A stretch of DNA of 63,998 nt, filler included, from an uncultured bacterium (GCA_964637655.1; 19 parts of 19 records of this genome joined end to end with filler, not necessarily neighbours in it); one strand, 5' to 3'; positions 42,998 through 53,860 are shown, counted from the first letter of the whole stretch. The notes: generated from the letters alone by a model not told the origin. A program made the numbers and translations.

Positions 42998-43741
42998 ATG
43001 GCCAATAACCGGTGGCGCAGGATGCGGATACGGCTGGGACACTTCCTGGTGGCGCTGGCGAAGGTCTGCACGCATATCGGGAACTACCTGCTGGCGGTGG
43101 CACGTCCGCAGGCGGTGAAAAAGCATGTCTATGAGCGGAGCATTGCCACGGAAGCCGCGGACATCTTCTATACGAAAGACCGGCGCGAGGTGCGCGAGGC
43201 GCGCGAGCGGCTGATGCTGCGGCGCCTGATGCACCGCATCGTGCGCGAGCATGTGCGTGACGCGCGCAAGCCGGAATTCGAGGTGTCGCGCGCCTATGCC
43301 GTGTTCGACGAGGGAAGCAATTTCAGCACGCGGCATCACGCGGTGAAGGATCCGCGGCGGCTGCTGGCGGAGATGCTGGCGGCGCTGCGCGAGACGGAGG
43401 CGGTGGCGGTGGTGGCAGCGGCGACGGCACGACTGCCGCGCGACCTGGCGTTCGACGACTACGCGAAGACGCAGGCGGCGGTGGCCAACGGCGCGGCGTT
43501 ATGGCCGACGGTGCTCGACCAGCTGCACGCCTCGGACGACGACCTGCGCGAATGCCTGATCGTCTACGGCTGGAGCGTGCGCGGCGGGCGGGTGCGGGTC
43601 GCCTACGAGCGGCAGTATGACGACGACGGCACGGTGACGCTCGTCCCGGCGCCCGAGGTGATCACCTTCATCGAGCAGTCGCACGAACTGATCCTCGTGG
43701 CCGGCGCCGCCCGCAAAGAGCAGGAAAAGGGGCCATACTGA
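42998..43741 (+). CDS. Hypothetical protein
   Basis: Strong GGAGGAGGAG RBS, GC3-biased codons; no family recognised. Confidence 0.7.
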   Translation: MANNRWRRMRIRLGHFLVALAKVCTHIGNYLLAVARPQAVKKHVYERSIATEAADIFYTKDRREVREARERLMLRRLMHRIVREHVRDARKPEFEVSRAYAVFDEGSNFSTRHHAVKDPRRLLAEMLAALRETEAVAVVAAATARLPRDLAFDDYAKTQAAVANGAALWPTVLDQLHASDDDLRECLIVYGWSVRGGRVRVAYERQYDDDGTVTLVPAPEVITFIEQSHELILVAGAARKEQEKGPY

Positions 43742-43776
43742 CACATTGACACATGTTATCCACAGAGTTATCCACA
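43730..43776 (+). repeat. 47-bp dispersed repeat with two DnaA boxes, copy A
   Basis: GGGCCATACTGACACATTGACACATG-TTATCCACA-GAG-TTATCCACA; 46/47 identical to reverse complement of 55008-55054. Confidence 0.9.
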
Positions 43777-43944
43777 ATTTTCCGTCACTTTTTTGACAGA
43801 TATACCGGTAATCGCGGTTGACCGCGTGCATTGGCAGCACCGGAACAGAGGCATAATGCAAGACGGCTGAAGGGGATATGGTGTACAGCGTGACTGCGGT
43901 CGGGTATCCACCGTAGAATCGGGCAGAGACAGACCAGAAACAGG

Positions 43945-43968
43945 ACAGGGTGCCGGAAACGGCACCCT
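43945..43968. terminator. Perfect hairpin with GAAA loop
   Basis: CAGGGTGCCG-GAAA-CGGCACCCTG; weak U-tail so terminator role uncertain. Confidence 0.4.
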
Positions 43969-44066
43969 GTTGCTGTATATGCGATGTTTGCCGAATCATC
44001 CGGCGGAATCGTGCAACGCTGCCGCGTTATCCCCCGTATATGCAGACGGGAGGGACGGAGGCGGCG

Positions 44067-44357
44067 ATGCGGGTCTATCTTGATGACGAGCGGGAGGCGC
44101 CGGCGGGCTGGACGCGCGTGCGCACGGCGGCTGAGGCGATTGCGCTGCTGCAGCGCGGCGGGGTGACGGAACTGTCGCTCGACCATGACCTCGGTGACGA
44201 GGCGGCGAACGGCACCGGGTATGACGTCCTGCTCTGGCTGGAAAAAGAGGTATTGACGCGCGGGTACGTGTTGCCTGCGGTCACGGTTCATTCGGCCAAT
44301 CCCGTGGCGCGGACGCGCATGGAACTGGTGGTGCGTTCGCTGGAGTCGCGGCGATGA
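44067..44357 (+). CDS. Cyclic-phosphate-processing receiver-like (cREC) domain protein
   Basis: MRVYLDDER...LSLDHDLG...TGYDVLLWLE...VHSANPVAR. Confidence 0.8.
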   Translation: MRVYLDDEREAPAGWTRVRTAAEAIALLQRGGVTELSLDHDLGDEAANGTGYDVLLWLEKEVLTRGYVLPAVTVHSANPVARTRMELVVRSLESRR

Positions 44358-44770
44358 GCCGCGCCTGGTGGATAGCCCCGTGTGGAGAGCACCTCGAGGT
44401 GGCGACCAGCCACATCGACGTGATCCTGCAGCAGCCGGCGCGTTTCGGGCTGACCAGGACACTGATCGAGGCGGTGTACGCGGCCCATGATGAGAGGGTC
44501 GGGGTCGAGGGGAGGGCGCGGGAAATCCTGATGCTCGATGCCATCAGTCGCGGCTGGATACGTATCCGCGAGTACGAGCAGCACTGGAAAATCAACGCCC
44601 CGCTGCCTGACGGGCGGGTGGAGGAACGGCTGCGGCAGTGGGTGGACGCGCACGCGGATACGGAGGGGCCGCAGACGCTGCGGCTGGAGACCCCGGTCGG
44701 CATCCGCGAACTGCCGGTGGCAGATCTGCGTCGTGCACCGCGGCGCCGGCGGAAAAAGCACAACCCGTGA
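44354..44770 (+). CDS. Hypothetical protein
   Basis: ATGA overlap with cREC gene; WWIAPCG...SHI...EGRARE...GWIRIR. Confidence 0.7.
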   Translation: MSRAWWIAPCGEHLEVATSHIDVILQQPARFGLTRTLIEAVYAAHDERVGVEGRAREILMLDAISRGWIRIREYEQHWKINAPLPDGRVEERLRQWVDAHADTEGPQTLRLETPVGIRELPVADLRRAPRRRRKKHNP

Positions 44771-44987
44771 TCACCCCCTGCCTTATTGTCTGGAAGCCCG
44801 TGGCCGGGTCATTTGCCCGTTAGCCGGATACGACAGTGATTCCGCATCCGGGCAAGCCTAACAGCTAAACAGGGACGGCAGCAGTCTNNNNNNNNNNNNN
44901 NNNNNNNNNNNNNNNNNNNNNNNNNNNNNNNTTAATTAATTAANNNNNNNNNNNNNNNNNNNNNNNNNNNNNNNNNNNNNNNNNNNN

Positions 44988-45104
44988 CGGGAGAGGAAGC
45001 CGCGGAGCGGCAGGTGAGGGCGGACACGGCGGACGGATCCCCTCACCCGACGCTGCGCGTCGCCCTCTCCCAAAGGAGAGGGAACTTATTTGCTGAACAG
45101 CTGC
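44988..45104. mobile_element. MITE (IS66-like ends), copy 3, left part lost at contig edge
   Basis: Body closely matches 7919-8030; ends GCTGAACAGCTGC. Confidence 0.75.
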
Positions 45105-45224
45105 AAATGGTTTGCGGTTTCTGTGTTGCGCGGCAACATGACGGATTATTGTATCGGCAATTATCCCCACTCAAGTTGCGGGCGCCTGCTGCCGACCTAT
45201 GAAAGGTAGGTATCTCTGTCCGGC

Positions 45225-47639
45225 ATGGGGAGCACGGGTATGCATATAACATCATTGACCGCGTTGACCGCGAAACTGCGTCCGCACGCGCAGCGGCTGC
45301 TCTGCCGCTGCCGGGCGCTGGCGACACTCGACACGCGCACCGTCAAGGCGCTGCTGCCGGTGACCATCGCCGCCTGGCTGGTGACGCGGTATGTCACCGA
45401 CGGATTTGCCTTCCACCTGCTCGGGCTGCTGATCATCGTGCTGGCGGCGCTGCGCATGCGCAAGGAGCGCGCGCTGCTCACCGCGCTGGTGGTGGTGATG
45501 GTCGACAGTGAGGGGGTGCTCTATCGTCCCGCCGCTGCCCCGAGTTTCGTCGTCCGCTCGCTCTTTTTCTTCGCGACCGTCTTTGTCGCCGATTACCTGC
45601 GCGCCACCGCGGCGGGGGTCGCGTGTCCGGTCGCCGCCGCCGGCGATGCTCCGCCACCCGCCGTACCGCTGCCTGACGCTCCGCAGGTGAAGCCGGAAGT
45701 GACTTCGCTGCTCGACGCCTCGCGCTGGGAGCACCGCAGCACTATCGACGAGGTGGCGGCGACCTTCATCCGCCTCTGCCGCGAAACCGTCAACTTCCAC
45801 TCGCTCGTCTATCTCGCCTACCACTCGCAGAGCGGCACGCTGGCGGGGGAGGTGCGCATCTCGCACGGCACGGCGCTGGCCGAACAGATCCGCATCCCGC
45901 TCGGCGCGGGGCTGATCGGGCGCCTGGTGCAGCAGGGTGAGCGGCGCTACCTGAGCAGTTTTGCGCAGGACTGGACGGTGTTGCAGTACTACGGGGCGCC
46001 CGAGAAAGTGCGCAGTGTGCTGGTCATCCCGGTGCAGCAGCGCGGGGAACTGCACGGGGCGCTGGTGCTCGACAGCAAGAGCGCCAATGCCTTTGCGCTT
46101 GCGCAGCTCGAAACGCTGACGCTGCTGGCGCAGGCCTTCGACCAGTTGTGGCACCTCGCCTCGAGCGAGTTCGACTACCAGGAGCATATCCGCAAGTACC
46201 ACCTGCTGCTCAGCACGCAGCAGCAGCTGCTCGAACATGCGCATGACCTGCGCAAGGTCGAGCGCTTCGTCTGCGACCTGTGCCGCGACCTGTTGCAGGC
46301 GGACACCTGCACGCTGCACTGGGCGGGCGCGCCGCGCGCCGACATCCTCGTCAGCGACCGCGCGCGCTACCTGCTCAACGCGGTCGACTGGGTGACGCGG
46401 CACCAACAGGCGCTGCGTGTCGGCAGCGCCCCGGCGGAGACGACGCTGCTGAGCGGGGTGCGCCGCGAATCGCTGCGCCAGGGCTTCCAGTCGCTGGTGG
46501 CGGCGCCCGTGCTGGCCGGGGGCGAAATCATCGCCGTCATCGCCGCCGAGGGGCGGCTCAGCAACCGCTTCACCCCGGTCGACGAGGAGGCGCTGCGCAT
46601 TCTCGCCACGCAGATCGCCGCCGTCATTCATACCGCGCGCCAGCAGGACACGGCGCAGCGCGAGCGGGCGCAGGCGCGCGAACTGCTGGCCGCGCAGGCG
46701 GACCTCGGGGGGGGCGTGGACGGGCGCGAGACGCAGCAGGGGATCTGCGCGGCCTTCGCGCGGCTCTTCCCGAGCGCCTACGTATTGTTCTACCGCGTGC
46801 GCGCCGGCGCACCGCAGCCGCTGTGCGGGCGTGACTGGGAAGGCGACCTGCCGCGCAACCTGCTCAGGTGTCGCGCGCTGCGCGAGGCGGTACTGACGAA
46901 GCGGCTGTTGTTCATCGACGATACGGCCCTGCCCGGGAGCGAGGTGGTGCAGCGCAGCAATGTGCGCTCGCTGCTGCTCCTGCCGCTGACCGCAAGCGAC
47001 GGTACGGTCACCGGCCTGGTGGAACTGGGGAGCCGCAAGGTGGCGGGCTTCGCCGCTGTCGACCTCGCGCTGCTCGACACCGTGCGCACCGCGGCAGCAC
47101 GCATCTGGGCAGCAGCGGAGACGCAACGGCTGCTGCAGGCGGAACTGAGCACCGACCCGGTGACCGGCTGCGGCAACCGGCGCTTTCTCGACAATTTCCT
47201 CGCGGCGGCGGCACGGCAGGCGGCGGATGGCAGCTGGGCGGGCTGTGCCGCGCTGCTGATCGACCTGTTGTCGCTGCCGGAACTGCAGCGGCGCTACGGG
47301 ACGATGGAAACCGAACGCCTGCAGAAACGCGTGGCGCAGGTGCTGGGCGAATGCGGCGGCAGCGACGCACACCTCGTGCGGCGTCGCGACGGCGAGTTCG
47401 TCCTGCTGCTGCCGGGTGCTGACGCGCCCCAGGCGCTGGCCCGCGTGGAGGAAGTGCAGGACCGCCTGCGCCAGCAGGTGTTCTACTGCCGCGGCGACAA
47501 GCTGCCGCAGCTGCCGGTGGCGGTCGGCGCCGCGGCGGCCGGAACCGCCGTTGGGGCGACGCGCGTGCTGGAACAGGCGGAACTGGCGCTGCTGCGGGCG
47601 CGCGACAGCGCGGACCGTCGCTGCGTTTTCGCGGGCTGA
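45225..47639 (+). CDS. Membrane multi-GAF protein with degenerate GGDEF domain
   Basis: N-terminal TMs, three GAF-like units, TDPVTGCGNRR, RRDGEF in place of GGDEF. Confidence 0.85.
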   Translation: MGSTGMHITSLTALTAKLRPHAQRLLCRCRALATLDTRTVKALLPVTIAAWLVTRYVTDGFAFHLLGLLIIVLAALRMRKERALLTALVVVMVDSEGVLYRPAAAPSFVVRSLFFFATVFVADYLRATAAGVACPVAAAGDAPPPAVPLPDAPQVKPEVTSLLDASRWEHRSTIDEVAATFIRLCRETVNFHSLVYLAYHSQSGTLAGEVRISHGTALAEQIRIPLGAGLIGRLVQQGERRYLSSFAQDWTVLQYYGAPEKVRSVLVIPVQQRGELHGALVLDSKSANAFALAQLETLTLLAQAFDQLWHLASSEFDYQEHIRKYHLLLSTQQQLLEHAHDLRKVERFVCDLCRDLLQADTCTLHWAGAPRADILVSDRARYLLNAVDWVTRHQQALRVGSAPAETTLLSGVRRESLRQGFQSLVAAPVLAGGEIIAVIAAEGRLSNRFTPVDEEALRILATQIAAVIHTARQQDTAQRERAQARELLAAQADLGGGVDGRETQQGICAAFARLFPSAYVLFYRVRAGAPQPLCGRDWEGDLPRNLLRCRALREAVLTKRLLFIDDTALPGSEVVQRSNVRSLLLLPLTASDGTVTGLVELGSRKVAGFAAVDLALLDTVRTAAARIWAAAETQRLLQAELSTDPVTGCGNRRFLDNFLAAAARQAADGSWAGCAALLIDLLSLPELQRRYGTMETERLQKRVAQVLGECGGSDAHLVRRRDGEFVLLLPGADAPQALARVEEVQDRLRQQVFYCRGDKLPQLPVAVGAAAAGTAVGATRVLEQAELALLRARDSADRRCVFAG

Positions 47640-47640
47640 C

Positions 47641-48238
47641 ATGCTCCGCCGGACGCTGTTCGCGCTGCTGCTGGCCGCAGGCCTCGCGGCCAGTGCCGCG
47701 TTCGCCGGCAGCGCGTTCGAACGTGCGGTGCTCAGCCGGCTTTCGCGTGCGCAGGTACTGACCTACCTGCGCGCCGCCGACCGGTCGCTGACGGAGAGCG
47801 AGCGCGGGGCAAAGTATTTGTGGGGCGCAGTACCGCTCGACCGCACGGCACCCGCCTACCTCGGTGAGCACTGGGCGCGCCTGACCCCGGCCCAGCAGGA
47901 AGAGAAGATGGTCGCGTGGTTCCGAATCCACCTGGCCGCGGTCTCGCTGGCTGACGTCGAGCGCCGCATCGATATCAGTGAACTGGCAGCCGCGGTGCGC
48001 CGCGAGCAGGGTGATGACAGTTTCCGCCCGTGGTGGGTGAGTGCGGCAGATACGCCGGCAACGCCGCCACCGGCGCTGGCCCCGGCTACGCCAGCTGCCC
48101 CGGCGGCTCGCGCCGCCCGGAGGCCCGCACCGGCAGCACGGCCGGCGCCTGCGCGCCCGGCGCCCGCGGCTGCCACGCGGCCGCCCGCGCCACCGTTGCG
48201 CCTGCTCGACGGCACCGCGGTGCTGCCGCCGGTAACCC
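47641..48238 (+). CDS. Hypothetical exported protein; truncated
   Basis: Signal peptide, Pro/Ala-rich linker. Confidence 0.55.
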
Positions 48239-48338
48239 NNNNNNNNNNNNNNNNNNNNNNNNNNNNNNNNNNNNNNNNNNNNTTAATTAATTAANNNNNN
48301 NNNNNNNNNNNNNNNNNNNNNNNNNNNNNNNNNNNNNN

Positions 48339-50440
48339 AGCAGCTGGCGATACGCCTCCATGTTGTCCTGCTCGAGACGCAGCACCTGTTCGTAGCAGCC
48401 GGTGGCCGCCGCAAAATCACCCGCCTGCTGCGCCGCGCGCGCCAGCGTCAGCAGCAGCGCGGGCTCCGGCGCGACCCGCGCCAGCAGGTCTTCCGCCACC
48501 TGCCGCACCGCCTGCCAGTCGCGGTCGCGTTCATGCAGGGCGAGCAGGCGGCGCAGCAGCGACTCCTTCTGCGGCACGCGGTCAAGCAGGACGCGATAGC
48601 AGGCGATGGCCTCGGCGTACGCGTCGTGGTCCTCGTAGAGGGTGCCGAGCGCGAGTCCGAGCGTCAGCGAATCGGGAAAACGCTGCTGCAGATCGCGCAG
48701 ACGCAGTGCCGCCCACTGCCAGTCCGCGGGCCAGCGACGGCAGTAGTCGAGCAGCGCGCCGGTCGCCTGGTCGACCGTGCCTGCCTTGAGCCACAGGTCG
48801 ATCTGCCGCCGCGCATGCGCCGCGTCGTCAACCCCGCCCAGCGCCGCGTGCGCCTTCGCCGCCTCGTTCCACTGCCCGCCCGCCTCGGCCACGCGCAGGC
48901 GGAATTCCGTCACGGTGCGCTGCCGCTCCGCCCCCTCCGCCTGCGCCGCCAGTTCCGGCAGCAGCGCCTGCGCCGCGGCGGCATCACCCGCGGCGAGATG
49001 GCGCTGCACCAGGGCCACCGTGGTGTGCCAGTCACGCCCGCCGGCGGCCGCCGCCGCGGCCGCCGCCTGACCCGCCTCCTCGGTCATGTGCAGGCGCTGG
49101 TAGATCTCGGTGAGGCGCGCATGCACCGCAGACGGCACCGGCGGCAGTGCCGCCAGTTCCTCGTAGAGGCGGCGCGCGCCGGCCAGGTCGCCCGCAAAGA
49201 ACATCCGCCCGGCGGCATGCAGCAGCCAGCGGCGGCGCACCGCCGGCTGCCAGCGCTGGCGGGTGAGAAAAAGCGCCAGCCCGGCGGTCAGCAGCACCAG
49301 CCCCAGCGCCACGTGGTACCAGAGACGGCGGCGGAAGCGCACCGCGTCGAGGCGATCGTCAATCTCCGGCCAGGCCGGCTCGTTGAACTTGACTTTCTGG
49401 TAGTAGCGCAGCGCCTGCGCGTCATCACCGTTGCGCTCGTACGCCTGCCCGAGCAGAAACCAGACCTGCACCTGGTCGCGCGTCGCCATCACCGTTACGT
49501 CATGGTCGATGGCGAGCACCAGTTCCTGCAGGTCCTCGATGGCCGCCGGCGGGTCCGACGCGGCGAGTTTCTGCCGCGCCCGCAGCAGCAGCAGTTTGCA
49601 CTGCAGTCCGCGCAGCGCGCGGTCAAAGGCCGCCTCGTCACGCCGCTGGAATTCCCGCAGCCGCGCCAGCAGCACGTCGATGGCGCCGGCCGGCACGGTG
49701 GCGTCACCCGTCGCCGCGCGCAGCAGCGGTTCCGCCTCCTGCAGCAGCACCTGGCGTTCCGCCTTGTGCAGCCGCGCCGCGATGTCCGCGGGCGGGTTCT
49801 TCGCCGCCTGCGCCTGCCGGTAGCACTCCGCCGCTTCTTCCGCCCGCCCCGCCGCGAGCGCGGCATCACCCTTTCTGGCCAGTTCCGTGCCGGCCACCGC
49901 CTCCGCCTGCTCCCGGCAGGCGCGGAACGCGGACTGCAGTTCCGCGTCGCCCGGCTGCGCGCGCGCCAGTTCCTCGTAGAGCGGCAACGCGTCACCGAAG
50001 CGCTCGGCCAGCACCAGCGCCTGCGCGAGCAGCAGCTTCGCCGCCGCTCCCGGTTCGAGTTCCGCCAGACGCTCCGCCTGCCGCACCGCGTCCGTCCCGC
50101 GCCGCCCCGCCAGCAGTGCCTGCACCAGCAGCCGCTGGTACTCCGCCTTGCCCGGCGCCAGCTGCACCAGTTCCTGGTAGGCCGCCGCCGCCTGATCGTG
50201 CTGCTGCTGCTGCGTCGCCACCGTGCCGAGCAGCTGCCACGCCGCCTGGTTCTGCGGTTCCGCCGCCGTCACCGTGCGGCAGATATCCGCCGCCTCGGTG
50301 TAGGACTTCAGCTGCAGCAGCGTCGCCGCGCGCGCCAGGTTGCGCGCGCTGTCCGCGGCCGGAGCCGCCGGCGGCGCAGTCGCCGGTGCCGCCGTGACCA
50401 GCAGCAGCAGCCCGGCTGCCATGAGCACGAGCGTTCTCAT
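48339..50440 (-). CDS. Large TPR protein with central TM helix; 3' truncated
   Basis: Signal peptide, TPR repeats on both sides of a TM. Confidence 0.8.
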
Positions 50441-51087
50441 TGTCCGCCTCCCGCACCGGCCTGCGCCACTGCCGCCGTCCAGACCTGGGTCGCCCCGGCC
50501 GCCAGCAGCGCCGTACGGCAGGCCGTCGCTGTCGTGCCGGTGGTCCAGACATCATCAATCAGCAGCACCCGCCGCCCGCGCGCCACGACAGTCGCCCGGA
50601 AGGTGTCCGCGGGCAGCAACCGCCGCTGCACCACCCCCTGGCGCACCTGCGACGGCAGCGCCCGGCACTTGCCGAGCAGCGGGCGGCAGGGCACGTCGAG
50701 CACCGCCGCCGTCCCGGCCGCGATGCGCGCCGCCTGGTTGTAGCCGCGCTGCCAGCGCCGGCGCCAGTGCAGCGGGACCGCGGTCACCAGGTCGGGACGG
50801 CAGACATCAAGCCGCTGCAAGGCGTCACCGAGCAGCCGGCCGAGCAAACCGCCCAGCGCGTACATTCCCCCGTACTTGAGCCGCTTCACCGCGCGCCGCA
50901 CCGTGCCGCCGTACGGCGCCAGCGTCCACGCCGCACCCTGCGGCCACTGCGCCACCCGCTGCGGCTGCACCGCCACCATCAGCGCCTGGCGGCAGGCAGC
51001 GCAGAGCAGGCGGTCGGGAGCGTCATCCACCGCCGCCGCACAGAGCAGACAGGCGGGCGGGCAGAGCACTTCGACCAGCGCGTTCAT
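50437..51087 (-). CDS. comF: ComF-family amidophosphoribosyltransferase-like protein
   Basis: CLLC...CAAC, LKYGG, VPLH...RGYNQA, LLIDDVWTTGTT. Confidence 0.9.
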   Translation of the reverse strand: MNALVEVLCPPACLLCAAAVDDAPDRLLCAACRQALMVAVQPQRVAQWPQGAAWTLAPYGGTVRRAVKRLKYGGMYALGGLLGRLLGDALQRLDVCRPDLVTAVPLHWRRRWQRGYNQAARIAAGTAAVLDVPCRPLLGKCRALPSQVRQGVVQRRLLPADTFRATVVARGRRVLLIDDVWTTGTTATACRTALLAAGATQVWTAAVAQAGAGGGQ

Positions 51088-51555
51088 GCCTTTTCCCCGT
51101 CGTCGCTCAGGTGGCACACGTCACGCACGGTGACGCGCGCCGACCAGAGGCAGTAGAACCCGACGAGGATGACCGGAACAACCGAGAGCAGCCAGTAGGC
51201 GAGCGAGAAACTCCCGCTCACGCTCTTGGCCTGCGCCAGCTGCGCCGCGTCCGCGGCCGGCAGGATGGCCGGCAGCACGATAAGGATGGCCACCTGGAAC
51301 GGGCCGGCGCCGCCGGGCGCCGACGGAATGGTGATGGCCAGCGAGGTGGCGACGATGACCACCGTGGCCGCCGCCGCCAGCGTCACCGGGGTAAAGGTAA
51401 TACCGAAATCGAACGCGAGCAGCGCCGGGTAGAGTGCCACCGCGCTGAGCAGCCAGATGAGCAGGGTCGACCCGGCGATGCGCAGCAGCTGGCGCGGCTG
51501 ACGGACAACGGCGATGCCGCGGGAGAATGAGGCGAGCATTTCCGCCGCCCGGTCG
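51084..51555 (-). CDS. Lysylphosphatidylglycerol-synthase TM (flippase-like) protein, C-terminal part
   Basis: IPSAPGGAGPFQ motif, TM helices. Confidence 0.75.
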
Positions 51556-51655
51556 NNNNNNNNNNNNNNNNNNNNNNNNNNNNNNNNNNNNNNNNNNNNT
51601 TAATTAATTAANNNNNNNNNNNNNNNNNNNNNNNNNNNNNNNNNNNNNNNNNNNN

Positions 51656-53017
51656 GGCGTCCTCGACCCGCCACTGGCGCAGGCGCCGGCAGTCGTCCGC
51701 CGTGAGGGTGTGTGCCGCCGGCCAGGCGGGCAGCGCCGTCCTGCCGTCAGGCCCGCACGCCGGCAGCGGCGTGAGCGTCCCCGGGCGGAACAGCAGGTCC
51801 GCCAGTTCGTCCCACCAGAACCGGTCCGCGCCGAGGCAGCCGCTGGCCAGGAAGAACGTCGCCGGCAGCTGCCGCTGCTTCAGCAGCCCGGCCGCGAGAT
51901 AGAGGTTGTCCGCGTAACCGTCGTCGAAGGTTATCGCCACCCACGGCGTTGTTCCGGCCGGCGGCGCCCCGCCGAACGCCTCCCGCAGCATGAGCGGTGC
52001 CGCGGCCCGGCGCACGATATCGAGGTGCGCGGCAAAGTGCTGCGGCGAAACTGCGAGCGACCACGGGTCGCCGTCCGCGTCTGCCACCCGGTGGTACATC
52101 AGGATGAGACCCGGCGCGCGGGGCGGGGCCCCCGCCGTGACGGCGGCCCGCGCGGCCGGTGCGGACTCCGCGGCGGCGCCCGCCGGCACCGGCCGGGCAA
52201 AGACGCAGCGGTGGCAGAGCGACGCGCGGGTACCGTCCGCCATGCGGCGCCGCACACGGCGCATGGCCTCGCCGGTGAAGAGTTCGTCGTAGGTGCCGGT
52301 CAGCAGGCTGCCAAGCACATGTTCCATGCCGTAATCGTGGCAGCAGAGCACGACCTCCCCGTCCGGCAGCAGGATGTTCGCCGCGAGCGCCGCCGAGCGG
52401 GCGCAGGTGACCGCGCCCGCGTGGCGCACCGGTTCCACCCCCGGCACCGCGACATGCCCCGAGCGGTCCTCGAGCCACTGGACCATCCCCTGGTTATGCG
52501 CTCCGAAGGCGGACTCGCCCAGCGCCGCCGTCACCGCCGGGTGCAGGGTCCCGTGGCACGAGGCGCCGTACGCCGCCCCGTGCGGGCTGCCGCGGTAGTG
52601 TTCCGTGATGTGGCGCAGCAGGTCGAGATACGCGGGAGTGACCGCGATCCGCGCATTGCCCTCGTTATCGGGCAGGTGCACCGTGAACGTGGCGAAGGCG
52701 AGGTGGCTGATCCGGTCGAAATCGTCGCGGGTCATGCCCGTCAGGGTGGTATAGACGGAGAGCCGGTGCCCGCGCGCCGCGGCGTAAAGCAGCATGTCCG
52801 TGGCCTGCGGGTTGAGCCAGGGCTCCGCCATGCCGGAAAAGTGCACCGCCACACCGGCCGGGAGCTTGTCGAGGCAGGTACGGAAGACGGCGAAGGACAT
52901 GATAGCCGGGCGGGTCGTCCGGGCGTAGCGGTCGACCAGCAGCGCCTGCGGGCAGTAGCGGCACCGCACCGTGCAGCCGACCACGGTCGTGATTTCCAGC
53001 CACGACTCCTGCGCCAT
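51656..53017 (-). CDS. Radical SAM/SPASM domain fused to NodB-type polysaccharide deacetylase; 3' truncated
   Basis: CTVRCRYC; ILLPDGEVVLCCHDY...LCHRC; LMYHRV...ITFDDGYADN...PATFF. Confidence 0.85.
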
Positions 53018-53091
53018 CCCGCACCACCCGGCCGTCCCGTACCGGGCCGGCACCACCGGTATACTTGAGATGGCGCGGGAGCGCAAACCCG

Positions 53092-53120
53092 TTGACAGCG
53101 TCGGGCCGCGCTGCTAAAGT
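53092..53120 (+). promoter_or_regulatory. sigma70-type promoter
   Basis: TTGACA-17 nt-TAAAGT with TG extension. Confidence 0.5.
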
Positions 53121-53170
53121 GTGGCGATGAGCGCATCCCCTGCTGCTGCCCCGCCCCCCGGAGCCCGCCC

Positions 53171-53860
53171 GTGACCGCCCCGCGGCCGTGGTGGGCGCCC
53201 TTGTGCTCCCGTCTCGTGCGCCTCGGGCTGGGATGGCGGCGCGAGCCGGTCAGCCGCGACTGGGGCCTCGAGCGCGGGTTGCCCGTCGACCGCCACTACA
53301 TCGAGACGTTCCTCGGTGAACACCGTGACGATATCCGCGGGCAGGTGCTCGAATTCGATGCCGATGCCTACGCCCGCCGTTTCGGCGGTGACCGCGTGCA
53401 GCAGTGCGCGGTGTGGAATCTCGAGCCCGATCGTCCCGGTACCACCATCGTCGCCGACCTGACGGCGGCGGGACATATCCCGGGCGGGCAGTTCGACTGC
53501 ATCATCTGCACGCAGGTGCTCGAACTCGTCTACGACCTGCGCGCCGCCCTCTATCACCTGCAGCGCCTGCTGAAGCCGGGCGGCGTGCTCCTCGTCACGG
53601 TGCCGGGCATCGGCAAGCTCGACCCGGACTGGAACGACTGCTGGCGGTTCACGCCGCACTCCGCCGGACGGCTCTTCCGGGAGCAGTTTTCCCCGGACAA
53701 CGTGGCGGTGCGCGGGTACGGGAACGTGCTGGCCGCCACCGCCTTCCTGCACGGCCTTGCGGCCGGCGAACTCACCGCGGCGGAAAAATCCCATGCCGAC
53801 CCGGAATACGCGCTGCTCATCGCCGTGCGCGCGGTCAAAACGCCCGCGCCGGTTCAGTAG
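53171..53860 (+). CDS. Class I SAM methyltransferase (glycan-cluster type)
   Basis: WGLERGLPVDRHYIE, FDCIICTQVL, LKPGGVLL, WRFT. Confidence 0.85.
   Translation: MTAPRPWWAPLCSRLVRLGLGWRREPVSRDWGLERGLPVDRHYIETFLGEHRDDIRGQVLEFDADAYARRFGGDRVQQCAVWNLEPDRPGTTIVADLTAAGHIPGGQFDCIICTQVLELVYDLRAALYHLQRLLKPGGVLLVTVPGIGKLDPDWNDCWRFTPHSAGRLFREQFSPDNVAVRGYGNVLAATAFLHGLAAGELTAAEKSHADPEYALLIAVRAVKTPAPVQ

Noticed and set aside
43756-43776. DnaA boxes as the chromosomal origin
   Set aside because: Only two boxes, duplicated on another contig, no dnaA/dnaN context or clear unwinding element
45252-47642. Long antisense ORFs (also 26117-27877, 48533-50743, 58207-60264)
   Set aside because: Expected shadows of real genes in high-GC DNA; Arg/Ala-rich with no motifs
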